DNA of 64,000 bases from Specibacter sp. (GCA_046714315.1 JBKKBD010000212.1:30152-94151); one strand, 5' to 3'; shown: positions 26,060 to 36,035, numbered from the stretch's first letter. A program made the numbers and translations. Notes: generated by a model not told the origin, from the sequence alone.

Positions 26060-26911
26060 GTGATCTATTGGGTACTAAAAAAGATTTTTCTAGGCCCTGT
26101 TTTGAAGGTGCTGTTCCGGCCCTGGACCAAAGGGTTGGACAACCTCCCTGTTGATGGCCCGGCTGTCCTGGCCAGCAACCATCTTTCCTTTTCGGACTCC
26201 ATCTTTATGCCCTTGATGGTTCCGCGTCCGGTGGTGTTCCTCGCCAAGAGCGATTACTTCACGGGCAAGGGCATCAAGGGGCGCCTGACCGCCGCGTTCT
26301 TCAAGCTGACGAACCAGCTGCCCATGGACCGCTCGGGTGGTGCCGCGTCCCAGAATTCGCTCCAGACGGGCATTGACGTCCTCAAGGACGGCGGGTTGCT
26401 GGGCATCTACCCCGAGGGGACTCGCAGCCCCGATGGTCGCCTGTACCGCGGCAAGGTCGGAGTGGCCAAGCTAGTGTTGACGGCCAATGTGCCAGTGATT
26501 CCTGTGGCGATGATTGGCACCGATAAGGTTCAGCCCATCGGCCGTCGCATCCCTACGATCCGCCGGCTCGGCGTCATATTTGGTGAGCCCATGGACTTCA
26601 GCCGCTACCAGGGCATGGCCGACGACCGCTTTGTCCAGCGCTCAGTAACGGATGAAATCATGTACGAACTCATGCGCCTATCCGGCCAGGAGTACGTCGA
26701 TTCCTACGCCAGCACCATCAAGGACAAGATCGCTGCTGAGAAGTCCGCCAAGCCACCGGTGGCAAGCGACGCGGTACGGATCGATCCGAGCCCGGTCATT
26801 GCCCCTGGGACCGTGACCGTCATCGGCGCCAAAAAGGAAGATGCCAAGCCCGACGTCGAACCTACTGCCAAGCCTGATGCCACGCCCGATGTCGAGGCGA
26901 CGCAGAACTGA
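26060..26911 (+). CDS. Lysophospholipid acyltransferase (PlsC family)
   Basis: NHLSFSDS (HX4D), FLAKS, YPEGTRS; GAGGAGG RBS. Confidence 0.92.
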   Translation: MIYWVLKKIFLGPVLKVLFRPWTKGLDNLPVDGPAVLASNHLSFSDSIFMPLMVPRPVVFLAKSDYFTGKGIKGRLTAAFFKLTNQLPMDRSGGAASQNSLQTGIDVLKDGGLLGIYPEGTRSPDGRLYRGKVGVAKLVLTANVPVIPVAMIGTDKVQPIGRRIPTIRRLGVIFGEPMDFSRYQGMADDRFVQRSVTDEIMYELMRLSGQEYVDSYASTIKDKIAAEKSAKPPVASDAVRIDPSPVIAPGTVTVIGAKKEDAKPDVEPTAKPDATPDVEATQN

Positions 26912-26995
26912 GCCCTGCGGGCACCAACCCGCAAGGAGTCATCTCAGGGGGTGGACAGGTTAGTGAGGTGCCGCTTTGGGGGATACCCTTAAGGC

Positions 26996-28393
26996 GTGAC
27001 TGATCTAACCCCTAATGACACTCTTGCACCCGCTGCCGGATTTTCCGTCCCCGGTGCCGCCGTTTACCCAGGCCTCGATGACTGGCGCGAGCTTCCGATC
27101 GCCCAGCAACCCACCTGGTCCCAGTCCCCGGCGTTTGAGCCCACGGTAAAGGAACTTTCCGTCCTGCCTCCGCTGGTGTTTGCGGGCGAAGTGGATGTTT
27201 TGCGTTCACGCCTGGCCCAGGCCGCCAAGGGCAAGGCATTCCTGCTGCAAGGTGGTGACTGCGCCGAAACCTTTGAAGCCGCCACGGCAGATAAGATCAG
27301 TGCCCGCGTCAAGACCATTCTGCAGATGGCTGTTGTGCTGACGTACGGTGCCCAGCTGCCTGTCATCAAGATGGGGCGCATGGCTGGCCAGTTCGCCAAG
27401 CCCCGCTCGTCCAATGATGAAACGCGCGACGGCGTAACGCTTCCGGCATACCGTGGCGACATCGTCAATGGCTACGACTTCACGCCGGAATCCCGCCAGC
27501 ACGATCCGGCCCGCATGCTCAAGGCGTACCATACCTCGGCATCGACCTTGAATTTGATCCGGGCGTTCACGCAGGGCGGCTTTGCCGACCTGCGCAGTGT
27601 GCACGAATGGAACCGTGGCTTCACCGCCAACCCTGCGCACAGCCGCTACGAGCAGCTGGCCAAGGAAATCGACAGGGCCATCAAGTTCATGGCCTCCTGC
27701 GGTGCCGACTTCGAAGCACTCAAGACCGTTGAGTTCTTCGCCAGCCACGAAGCGCTCTTGCTTGATTACGAGCGCGCACTGACCCGCATCGATTCACGCA
27801 CCGGACTGCCGTACGACACCTCCGCGCACTTCCTGTGGATCGGCGAGCGTACCCGCGACCTAGACCAGGCGCACGTTGACTTCCTCTCGCGCGTCCGCAA
27901 CCCGATCGGCGTCAAGCTCGGGCCCACTACGTCCCCGGACGATGCCCTGCGCCTCATCGACAAGCTTGACCCGAACCGCGAGCCCGGCCGCCTGACGTTC
28001 ATTACCCGCATGGGTGCGAACAACATTCGCGAGAAGTTGCCGAACCTTGTCGAGAAGGTTACGGCCTCCGGCGCCGAGGTCCTCTGGGTTACCGATCCCA
28101 TGCACGGCAACACGGTGACCTCGCCCAACGGCTACAAGACCCGCAACTTCGACGACGTCATCGACGAGGTTCGCGGCTTCTTCGAGGTTCACGAGGCCCA
28201 GGGAACCGTTCCTGGTGGCCTGCACGTGGAAATGACCGGCGACGACGTCGCCGAGTGCCTCGGTGGCGCGGACCCGATCGATCAGGAAGCATTCCTGACC
28301 GGGTACGAGTCCGTGTGCGATCCTCGCCTGAACCACAAGCAGTCCCTGGAAATGGCCTTCCTGGTCTCTGAAGGCCTGCGCAAGTCCCAGTAG
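26996..28393 (+). CDS. aroG: Class II DAHP synthase
   Basis: LQGGDCAE, GRMAGQFAKPRS, LWIGERTR, DPMHGN, CDPRLN. Confidence 0.95.
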   Translation: MTDLTPNDTLAPAAGFSVPGAAVYPGLDDWRELPIAQQPTWSQSPAFEPTVKELSVLPPLVFAGEVDVLRSRLAQAAKGKAFLLQGGDCAETFEAATADKISARVKTILQMAVVLTYGAQLPVIKMGRMAGQFAKPRSSNDETRDGVTLPAYRGDIVNGYDFTPESRQHDPARMLKAYHTSASTLNLIRAFTQGGFADLRSVHEWNRGFTANPAHSRYEQLAKEIDRAIKFMASCGADFEALKTVEFFASHEALLLDYERALTRIDSRTGLPYDTSAHFLWIGERTRDLDQAHVDFLSRVRNPIGVKLGPTTSPDDALRLIDKLDPNREPGRLTFITRMGANNIREKLPNLVEKVTASGAEVLWVTDPMHGNTVTSPNGYKTRNFDDVIDEVRGFFEVHEAQGTVPGGLHVEMTGDDVAECLGGADPIDQEAFLTGYESVCDPRLNHKQSLEMAFLVSEGLRKSQ

Positions 28394-28399
28394 GCCCCT

Positions 28400-28504
28400 A
28401 ACGAACGGGAGCCGGGAACCTCTCGCGGGCAGTAAGATTTCCTCGGTCGCTAAGCGACCTTTGAAATCCATCCCCGCTCCGAGAACCTCGGCTCCCGTTC
28501 CGTT
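28400..28504. repeat. 105-nt nested rod-like inverted repeat between convergent aroG and kinase genes
   Basis: Nested helices AACG, AACGGGAGCCG, TCTCG, CGGG, GATTTC, GGTCGC with apical loop TAA. Confidence 0.75.
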
Positions 28505-28516
28505 TAACCTCAGCGG

Positions 28517-30559
28517 TTAGACGACCCTCAACAGGATCGTCGATCCCTCAGGAGCCTCGCCGCCCTCGGGCGATTGGAATCGGACGGTGCCAAAGAAGCC
28601 GCCGAGGAGGTTTTCCACCTTGACCTCGAAGCCGAGGGCCTTCAGCTCTGTGGTGGCTGCGCCCACTTGCTTGCCAACCATGCTTGGCACGCCAATCATC
28701 TTCGGTCCCTTGGACAGCGTCAGGGTCACGGTGTCACCGGCCTTGAGCTCACCTGATGCGGGGGACTGGGACACCACCAAGCCGGCGGCGACGGTCTTGC
28801 TGTTGACCTGCTCCGGTGCTGTCACGGAGACCAGCCCAACGGCCTTCAGCGCTGCGACGGCATCGCCCTCACTCATACCGGACACGGATGGAACGGGGAT
28901 GGGTTTGGGGCCCTTGGAGGTCACTAGGTTGATCTTTGTTCCATTACGGAATTCCTTGCCGGCAGCAGGATCCTGACTCAGTACGACGCCGGCCGGAACC
29001 TTTTCATCGAAGGCCCCGGTCACGTTTCCTGCAGCCAGATTCGCTTCCGCGAGGGCATTCTTGGCAACCTCCAGCTGCTGCCCCGTCACGGTGGGGACGG
29101 TGTAAAGAATGGGTCCGCGAGAAACCTTCAGCGTCACGGTTTTGAATTTTCGCACCGATTCTCCGGCTGCCGGATCCGTGGCTACGATGAAGCCGACAGC
29201 CACTTTTTCATCAAAGACATCTGCGGTGGGTGCCTGCTCGAACCCTGCTGCGAGCATTAGCTCTTGCGCTTGAGGCACGGTCTTGTTGTGGACGTCCGGG
29301 ACGGTGGCAAGTGCGCCAGGGCCAAAGCCCACATACCAGCCGGCTGCGGCGGCCAGCATGCCCAGAACTACGACAAGCAGGATCCACAGCAGGGCCCGCC
29401 GTTTGGGCTTCTTGGAGCCCAATGTCTTTGTTGGGGTTGCGGCCGCCTTGGCCCGTTCCTTGGCTGCAGCGGCTGCCTGGCGCTTTGTCAGTGGCGCAGG
29501 AGTCTCGGAGTCATCCGAGGGATCCTCGGTGTACAGCCGCGGCGAAGCCGGCAGGACTGACGTGGGGAAGTAGGGGGCGGCGATAACACTGGTGGCGTCA
29601 GGGAACGAGCTGGGCCCCGTGATGACCTCGGTGTGCAGCGCGGTGGTCCGGGCAGCTTGCTGTTTGCCTGAGGGGACGGCGGGGCTACCCGGTGCTGCAC
29701 CAAAGTCCAGTTCGGCATTGGACAGAGTCTGGCGGATATGGCGGAGATCCTCCAACAGCGCCGCGCCATTGGCGGGGCGGTGGTCGGGGTCCTTTTCCGT
29801 CATGTACCGGACGAGTTCGTCCATGACCGGAGGGAGTCCGGGGACAGCGATCGAGGGAGCGGGAACCTCATCCTGGATGTGTGCCATGACCACGGCCACG
29901 GGAATCTCACCGCGGAACGGTTGGGAACCTGTCAGTAACTCGTAGAGCATGATGCCAGCGGAGTAAATGTCGCTTCGCGCATCGCCGCCCTGACCGCGGG
30001 CCAATTCGGGCGCAATGTAGCCGACTGTGCCCAACAGCGTTCCGGTATTGGTGGAGGTGGTGACAGCCCGAGACAGCCCAAAGTCACCGATTTTGACCCA
30101 TCCCTGACGGGAGATCAGGACGTTCTCAGGCTTGACGTCACGATGTACCAGCCCGGCGTTATGTGCTGCTGCCAGGCCCTCAACGACGGGGTCGAGAAGG
30201 TTCAGGGCCTGCCGCGGGCTCAAGGCACCGTTCTCGTTGACGACGTCCCGCAGGGTGTATCCGTCAATGAATTCAAAGACGAGATAGGCGTGCTGAGGAC
30301 CAACACCGTGATCGTGAATTTGCACTACATGCGGGTGGGAAAGGCTTGCGGCACTCTGGGCCTCCCGGCCAAGGCGTGCGATAAACGCTGTGTCCGTGGC
30401 CAGGTGCGGGTGCAGGATCTTTAAGGCAATGTTCCGCCCTAACCGCAGGTCCTTGGCTAGATATACGGTGGACATGCCACCGTGCGCCACCTTGGATACA
30501 ACCAGATAGCGTCCGTCGATGGTTGACCCGTTCAGCGGGTCGTCAGATACATCTTGCAC
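28517..30559 (-). CDS. PASTA-domain Ser/Thr protein kinase (PknL-like)
   Basis: HRDVKPEN, KIGDFGL, GTVGYIAPE, one TM segment, about 4 PASTA repeats; position between aroG and the Rv2175c-like gene matches pknL. Confidence 0.93.
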   Translation of the reverse strand: MQDVSDDPLNGSTIDGRYLVVSKVAHGGMSTVYLAKDLRLGRNIALKILHPHLATDTAFIARLGREAQSAASLSHPHVVQIHDHGVGPQHAYLVFEFIDGYTLRDVVNENGALSPRQALNLLDPVVEGLAAAHNAGLVHRDVKPENVLISRQGWVKIGDFGLSRAVTTSTNTGTLLGTVGYIAPELARGQGGDARSDIYSAGIMLYELLTGSQPFRGEIPVAVVMAHIQDEVPAPSIAVPGLPPVMDELVRYMTEKDPDHRPANGAALLEDLRHIRQTLSNAELDFGAAPGSPAVPSGKQQAARTTALHTEVITGPSSFPDATSVIAAPYFPTSVLPASPRLYTEDPSDDSETPAPLTKRQAAAAAKERAKAAATPTKTLGSKKPKRRALLWILLVVVLGMLAAAAGWYVGFGPGALATVPDVHNKTVPQAQELMLAAGFEQAPTADVFDEKVAVGFIVATDPAAGESVRKFKTVTLKVSRGPILYTVPTVTGQQLEVAKNALAEANLAAGNVTGAFDEKVPAGVVLSQDPAAGKEFRNGTKINLVTSKGPKPIPVPSVSGMSEGDAVAALKAVGLVSVTAPEQVNSKTVAAGLVVSQSPASGELKAGDTVTLTLSKGPKMIGVPSMVGKQVGAATTELKALGFEVKVENLLGGFFGTVRFQSPEGGEAPEGSTILLRVV

Positions 30560-30579
30560 TCTTCCACCTTAGAAGCTGA

Positions 30580-30627
30580 AACGAAAAGGGACCGCCAGCA
30601 ACACCGCGCTGGAGGTCCCTTTTCGTT
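30580..30627 (-). terminator. Terminator of the LysM-SLT gene
   Basis: 14-bp stem AACGAAAAGGGACC/GGTCCCTTTTCGTT with an inner CCAGC/GCTGG helix. Confidence 0.75.
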
Positions 30628-30664
30628 GAAAGCGTACTAATAGGTGTATTTCTGGCTGGTTGCC

Positions 30665-32119
30665 CTACCGGAAGAGCTCGCGATTGGCCTTGATGCCGGC
30701 CACATAGTTCACGGTGTCGGAGAACATTCCGTTGACGCTGACGGAGTACTGTCCCTGGTAGTAGCCGGCAATAGCCTCTGACTCGTTGGGTGCATCCTTG
30801 AGCAGGGCGCGGATAATGGCCACTCCGGCGGTGACATTGTCCTGAGGATCCAGCAAGTTCAGATCGCGGCCCACAAGCCCCGATGCCCATTCGCCAGCGT
30901 CCGGGATGACCTGCATGGTGCCGATGGCGTTGGCCGGAGACACCGATTGGTGGTTGAACCCGGATTCCTGCTGTGCGAAGGCCATCGCCAGCGCCGGATC
31001 GACGCCCATGCTGGCCGCGGTGCTGGCTACCAGCTCCTTCATCTGCGCCTGTGACGGCGAGGGTGCTGCGAGCAACAAGGACTTGTTCTTGTTGGCGTCG
31101 CTGACCACTGCCGCGGGGTAGGTGTAGTGCAGGAAGGTGCTCGGTACCTGATCCTCCGGAGCCAAAGCGGCGGTGGTGTCCGAGGGCTTGGGTGCGATGG
31201 GCGTGATGCCGCTTGAGGAGGCGCTCAGGCCCGGGATGATGAGTGTCTTACCCGGGTAGATGGGTGCCTTGACGTCCACGCCATTGGCCGAGACCAAGGC
31301 TGAAAGGCTGACGTCATTCTTGGCTGCAATGGAGGAGAGTGTATCGCCGGCTTTGATGACGTACTTGGCGCCGCTGGCAGGCTTTGCCGTGGCAGTCGCC
31401 TTGCTCGTGTTCGACGCCGGCGCTTGCGCAGCCTGTCCGCCCACCTTGACCTTCTGGCCCGGGTGGATGATTGAGCTGCCGCTGAGGCCATTCAAGGAAA
31501 AGATGTTGGACAGGCTGATCTTGTGATCGGCAGCAATGCCGCTGAGGGTGTCCCCTGCGCGGACGGTGTAGCTCGCGGATGCCGTGGCAGTACTGGTACT
31601 CGGTGCCGCGGCCGCCGTGGATCCCGAGATGCTCAGGACCTTGCCCGGGTGAATGAGGGAGTTTGCCGAGAGCTTGTTGCGCGCCAGCACGGACTCAGTG
31701 GAGACACCATACTTTGCGGCGATGGCGGAAACGGTGTCACCGGCAGCCACTGTGTGGGAAATGTTGGTTGACTGTGCCTTCAAGGTGCTCAGCATGTTTG
31801 CCGTGAGGGAGGTCTTGACGGACGTCTGGGCCGTGCCGAGCGCGGTGACGGCGCGTGGCACGGAGCTGGCAACGAGAGTGGAAGGTATGCGGTTGGCAGC
31901 GGTGCGAGCCTGAACTGCTGCCAGAACCTTCTGGGAATCAAGGGCGCCGTGCGTACCTTGCGGTGCGATTCCTGACTGGGCAGGGGCCGCTGAGACCGGA
32001 GATGCGAGGGCCAGGGATGAGAGCATAACAACCGGAATGGCGGCGGTGGCGACTGCAACCAGCTGCTTGCCACCCGTTGCCGGTTTGGTGGCGGCGGGAG
32101 AAGGGCGTGTGGGAGTCAT
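30665..32119 (-). CDS. Secreted 3xLysM plus SLT lytic transglycosylase
   Basis: Signal peptide, three (H/Y)xVxxGDTxSxIA LysM repeats, C-terminal QQESGF, AIGTMQV, AGYYQG. Confidence 0.9.
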   Translation of the reverse strand: MTPTRPSPAATKPATGGKQLVAVATAAIPVVMLSSLALASPVSAAPAQSGIAPQGTHGALDSQKVLAAVQARTAANRIPSTLVASSVPRAVTALGTAQTSVKTSLTANMLSTLKAQSTNISHTVAAGDTVSAIAAKYGVSTESVLARNKLSANSLIHPGKVLSISGSTAAAAPSTSTATASASYTVRAGDTLSGIAADHKISLSNIFSLNGLSGSSIIHPGQKVKVGGQAAQAPASNTSKATATAKPASGAKYVIKAGDTLSSIAAKNDVSLSALVSANGVDVKAPIYPGKTLIIPGLSASSSGITPIAPKPSDTTAALAPEDQVPSTFLHYTYPAAVVSDANKNKSLLLAAPSPSQAQMKELVASTAASMGVDPALAMAFAQQESGFNHQSVSPANAIGTMQVIPDAGEWASGLVGRDLNLLDPQDNVTAGVAIIRALLKDAPNESEAIAGYYQGQYSVSVNGMFSDTVNYVAGIKANRELFR

Positions 32120-32301
32120 GGGTGCTTACCTCAAGTTTCCGTTACGGATGAGACCAATGGGAATGATGTTACTAATGTGACTACCAGAAAATTTACCCTA
32201 AAACACGGTTAAGTGGGACCCCGCTGTGGATTCGCGCACAAAATTCTCCGAATAAGCGCCTTATATACATGATTGACGCCAATATGTGGGAACCTTTGAG
32301 G

Positions 32302-32655
32302 GTGAGTAATGTTGAAACAGTAGTCAGCGAATGGTTGCCCCTGCCCGATGTCGCCGAGAAGCTTGATGTCTCGGTCACCAAAGTCCATGCACTGGTCAAG
32401 GATGGTTCCTTGCTGGCCGCACGTGTGGGGGAGCGCAAGATTCGGGCCGTGCCCGCCGAATTCATCGCAGGTGACCACATCCTGGAAAGCCTGCGGGGCA
32501 CCATCTCGGTGTTGCAGGATGCCGGCTTCGAGGACGAAGAGGCCATCTTGTGGCTCTACACCCCCGACGAATCACTGCCGGGTCGTCCCATTGATGCCCT
32601 GATGAGTGGCCGTAAGACGGAGATCCGCCGCCGCGCGTCAGCCCTGGGCTGGTAG
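32302..32655 (+). CDS. Rv2175c-family DNA-binding protein
   Basis: WLPLPDVAEKL HTH, GTISVLQDAGF, WLYTPDESLPGRPIDAL, EIRRRA. Confidence 0.88.
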   Translation: MSNVETVVSEWLPLPDVAEKLDVSVTKVHALVKDGSLLAARVGERKIRAVPAEFIAGDHILESLRGTISVLQDAGFEDEEAILWLYTPDESLPGRPIDALMSGRKTEIRRRASALGW

Positions 32656-32699
32656 CAAGCACGAATTAGCCAAGTCTTAGGATTAGCCAAGTATTAAAC

Positions 32700-32739
32700 A
32701 GGAGAGGTTGGGCATGGCGCCCAACCTCTCCTTTATTTT
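32700..32739. terminator. Bidirectional terminator
   Basis: Perfect 14-bp stem AGGAGAGGTTGGGC/GCCCAACCTCTCCT followed by TTATTTT. Confidence 0.8.
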
Positions 32740-32769
32740 AAGTAGCCAGTAGTTTAGTTAGCGTGGTGG

Positions 32770-33897
32770 CTAAGACGTACGGGCGACTGCCGCGAGGCCC
32801 AGCGCCGAAAGCGCCGCGGCAACGGAGGCATCAATGCTTAGCTGCGCCAGTGCCGTAAACGCGCTCTCGCTGAGTTGGGAAATCATGGCCTCCGTGTTGG
32901 ACAAGGCACCGGACTCGACCATGATGGCGCACAGTCGTTGGATTTCCGCGTCGTTGAGGTCCTGCCGGCCAAGGTTCCGGTCCACAAACTCACCGTCTTG
33001 CGCGCTGGCGGCATCGATGGTCAACCCGACAAGGACGGTACGCTTCCCCTCGCGCAGGTCGTCTCCTGCGGGCTTGCCGGTCGTGGCCGGGTCACCAAAA
33101 ACGCCGAGAACGTCGTCGCGCAATTGAAACGCCTCGCCGAGGGGGAGCGAAAATGCACTGTAACCAGCCAGGAGATCTTCGTCGGCACCAGCCAAGGCGC
33201 CACCCATGACAAGGGGGTGTTCCGAGGAATACTTCGCACTCTTGTAGCGAATGATGGCCGACGCCCGTGCGACTGCCGTGCCATGGGGCTTGGAAGGCCC
33301 CGAAACTTCCTCCAAGATGTCAAGGTACTGACCGGCCATGACCTCGGTCCGCATCACGTTGAAGACCGCACGGGCCCGCGCGGCAGCGGCGGCGGACACG
33401 GCTTTGTCTGAACCTGACCCAATGCGAGAGAACATCTCCTCACTGAGGGAGAGGCAAAGATCGCCGGTCAGAATGGCCGCGGCATGGCCAAACCGCTCAT
33501 CGTCCAGGGCCCAGCCGTTCTCCGAGTGCAGGGTGCTGAATTGCCGGTGCACACTTGGTCCGCCGCGACGGGTATCTGAGCGGTCAATGATGTCATCGTG
33601 GATCAAAGCTGCGGCCTGGAAGAGTTCAAGTGCCGCTCCGGCCTGAACGACGGCCTCGGCGTTCGCCGCGCCGCCAGCGCCACGCCACCCCCAGTAACAG
33701 AGCAGGGCACGCATGCGTTTGCCGCCCGTGACGAGGGTTTTGATGGAATCAATCAATGTCAAGGTGTCAGGGGAGATCTGAGCCAGAAGCGTGTGCTTTT
33801 CGGCAAGGAAATTGTTCAGTTGGGTGGCAACTGCTGCAATGAATGCATCTTGTTCGGCCGACGGTGTGGCGCCAGGGTGGACAGGCGTTGCATTCAT
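32770..33897 (-). CDS. Polyprenyl diphosphate (GGPP) synthase, IdsA2-like
   Basis: GGKRMRA, LIHDDIIDRSDTRRG, FQLRDDVLG, GDDLREGK. Confidence 0.93.
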   Translation of the reverse strand: MNATPVHPGATPSAEQDAFIAAVATQLNNFLAEKHTLLAQISPDTLTLIDSIKTLVTGGKRMRALLCYWGWRGAGGAANAEAVVQAGAALELFQAAALIHDDIIDRSDTRRGGPSVHRQFSTLHSENGWALDDERFGHAAAILTGDLCLSLSEEMFSRIGSGSDKAVSAAAAARARAVFNVMRTEVMAGQYLDILEEVSGPSKPHGTAVARASAIIRYKSAKYSSEHPLVMGGALAGADEDLLAGYSAFSLPLGEAFQLRDDVLGVFGDPATTGKPAGDDLREGKRTVLVGLTIDAASAQDGEFVDRNLGRQDLNDAEIQRLCAIMVESGALSNTEAMISQLSESAFTALAQLSIDASVAAALSALGLAAVARTS

Positions 33898-33936
33898 ACT
33901 TTCAAGATTCCTTGCTATTTGAGCTGTTGCTGAGAA

Positions 33937-33972
33937 TAAAAAATGCCGGTTACTACTTAAATGAAGCCGGCA
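33937..33972 (-). terminator. Intrinsic terminator overlapping the end of the lipoprotein gene
   Basis: Minus strand TGCCGGCT...AACCGGCA followed by TTTTTT. Confidence 0.6.
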
Positions 33973-34519
33973 ACAGTGTGGCGCCGAGGGTGAAGGTGGC
34001 AGTAGAGGCCGTCTGGATGACTGAGACGGTCACGATTTCCTGGCCCTCAGCGCGCACGAACGTTTTCATAGGGACACCGTCAACAGAATCGCCCGGTTGT
34101 GCCTTGAACCCCTGATCGGTGAAAACCTTGGTGTAGTAGCTCAAAACATCGGCCGAAGGAGCCGTTGCCGTGGCAGTCAGTGATGCCAAGGACACTGGCT
34201 CAGCATGTTGCACGCTCGATGCCTGAATCTGCGCGCCCTTCATGAGCGGCATGACGGTGACTGGAAACCCGGTCACGAGCTCCTTGACGGCAGTGTCTGC
34301 GGACGGAGCGGCCGTTGCCGTCGCCGAAGCGCTGGAGGAGGCTGCCGCCGTCGTACCTTGAGATACCGTAGCCGAGGCGTTAGGGGAAGGATCGCTGGGA
34401 GCGGGGCTTGAGCAGGCAGTCAAAAGTGCGACGGCGGCTGTTGCGGCCGCAGCGGCCAGTCGCGTGCGCCGCAGTGGCAATGTGCGCCCGGTGCGGGGTG
34501 ATTCCAATGTCATGAGCAT
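33953..34519 (-). CDS. Hypothetical lipoprotein
   Basis: Basic N-region, Ala-rich h-region, lipobox LTAC, S/T/A linker. Confidence 0.8.
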   Translation of the reverse strand: MLMTLESPRTGRTLPLRRTRLAAAAATAAVALLTACSSPAPSDPSPNASATVSQGTTAAASSSASATATAAPSADTAVKELVTGFPVTVMPLMKGAQIQASSVQHAEPVSLASLTATATAPSADVLSYYTKVFTDQGFKAQPGDSVDGVPMKTFVRAEGQEIVTVSVIQTASTATFTLGATLLPASFK

Positions 34520-34616
34520 TTCCTTAGCTTCTTGAGCCTGTGGGATGGCATCCAGTCCAGTTTACCCACGATGGGCGTCGCTGCCTTAGTCCCAGCTGAA
34601 TCACTAGACTTGAGGC

Positions 34617-35831
34617 GTGAATGAGGATCAACGGATAGGGCAGGCGCGGCTCCCCGAGCAGGCCGGGTGCACAGTCATGCACGTGGACATGGACGCCTTC
34701 TTTGTCTTGGTTGAATTGCGGGACAGACCAGAGCTAGTGGGCAAAAAGGTCATTGTGGGCTTCCCCGAAGGTCGCTCGGTGGTGCTGTCGGCCTCGTATG
34801 AGGCTCGCGCCCTCGGCGTGCGCTCGGCCATGCCCATGTCAACAGCCATGCGGATGTGCCCCGGTGCCGTTGTGATCGAACCACGGCACAAGCTCTACTA
34901 CGAGGTCTCGGCCGATGTTATGACGGTGTTCCATTCCATTACGGACACCGTTGAACAACTCAGTGTTGACGAGGCGTTCCTTGACATCAGCGGTTCGTTG
35001 CGGCGGTTGGGAACACCTCTGGAAATCGGGGCGTTGATCCGACGGCGCATAGCGGCCGAGATTGGCATCACAGCTTCGGTGGGAATCGCCGCCAGCAAAT
35101 TTGTGGCCAAGGTGGCATCGACCCGCTGTAAGCCCAATGGCATGCTGCTTATTGAGAAGGCACGGACGGTTGAATACCTCCATACACTTCCCGTCGAGGC
35201 GCTGTGGGGAGTGGGAGCCAAGACTCGTGAGGTGCTGGCTCGTCTGGGGATTTTCACCGTGGCCGATGTTGCCGCAACACCGTTGCCGGCCCTGCAAAAG
35301 GCCCTTGGCAGCACAGGAGCGTCATTGCATGATCTTTCATGGGGGATAGATCCGCGGGCAGTAACACCCGAGCACCAGGAAAAGAGTATTGGTGCAGAGG
35401 AAACATTTGCCAAGGACACCTTCGACAGTGAACTTCTGACCAAGGAGCTCCTGCGGCTCTCCCACCGGGTGGCCGGGCGCCTTCGTGAGGCGGGTTTGAG
35501 TGGGCGCACACTCGCCCTTAAGATCAAATATTCGGATTTCTCCACCATTACCCGGTCCAAGGCGCTCGGTGCAAGCACCGATAGCGCCACGCAAATATAC
35601 GCCGGCACGGTAGCGCTTCTTCGCGCGCTGGGGGATAGGCCGCAGAGCGTGCGACTGATCGGCGTCCGTGTTGAAAAGCTGGAGTCCTTGGACAGCGCCC
35701 CATTGCAGTTCACCTTGGATCCCCGAGATGACAATTCTCGTAACGCCGAGGTGGTCGGCGACGCCATTGCGGCGAGGTTCGGGACGGCAAAAATAGGCCC
35801 CGCACGGCTACTTAAGCCTCGCGGGGAGTAG
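34617..35831 (+). CDS. dinB: DNA polymerase IV
   Basis: HVDMDAF, SYEARALG, SVDEAFLD, KFVAKVAS, EKSIGAE. Confidence 0.95.
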   Translation: MNEDQRIGQARLPEQAGCTVMHVDMDAFFVLVELRDRPELVGKKVIVGFPEGRSVVLSASYEARALGVRSAMPMSTAMRMCPGAVVIEPRHKLYYEVSADVMTVFHSITDTVEQLSVDEAFLDISGSLRRLGTPLEIGALIRRRIAAEIGITASVGIAASKFVAKVASTRCKPNGMLLIEKARTVEYLHTLPVEALWGVGAKTREVLARLGIFTVADVAATPLPALQKALGSTGASLHDLSWGIDPRAVTPEHQEKSIGAEETFAKDTFDSELLTKELLRLSHRVAGRLREAGLSGRTLALKIKYSDFSTITRSKALGASTDSATQIYAGTVALLRALGDRPQSVRLIGVRVEKLESLDSAPLQFTLDPRDDNSRNAEVVGDAIAARFGTAKIGPARLLKPRGE

Positions 35832-36035
35832 CAAAAGGAATGTGGGTTTCAGTTCAGCAAAATGAAGCCTATTGTTAGTCATAGGAGTTAATTTGTTGAT
35901 GGCAATACGACGAATTTTGCACCCCTGGACACGCAGTTGTCGCTTGCGCGAAAACTGGTTCGGCGGGAATCTTTTCGGCGGTAGAGTCGTTAACGAGGAA
36001 AGACCCCAGCGGCCCTTGACCTGAAGGAGGTCGTC

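Noticed and set aside
32120-32301. c-di-AMP (ydaO) riboswitch or MtrA site upstream of the LysM-SLT gene
   Set aside because: Only a fragmentary GAATCC resemblance; the GTCAC/GTAAC repeats are 9 bp apart rather than the expected ~11.
34520-34616. LexA (TCGAAC-N4-GTTCGA) or PafBC motif at dinB
   Set aside because: Neither motif is present at an appropriate position.
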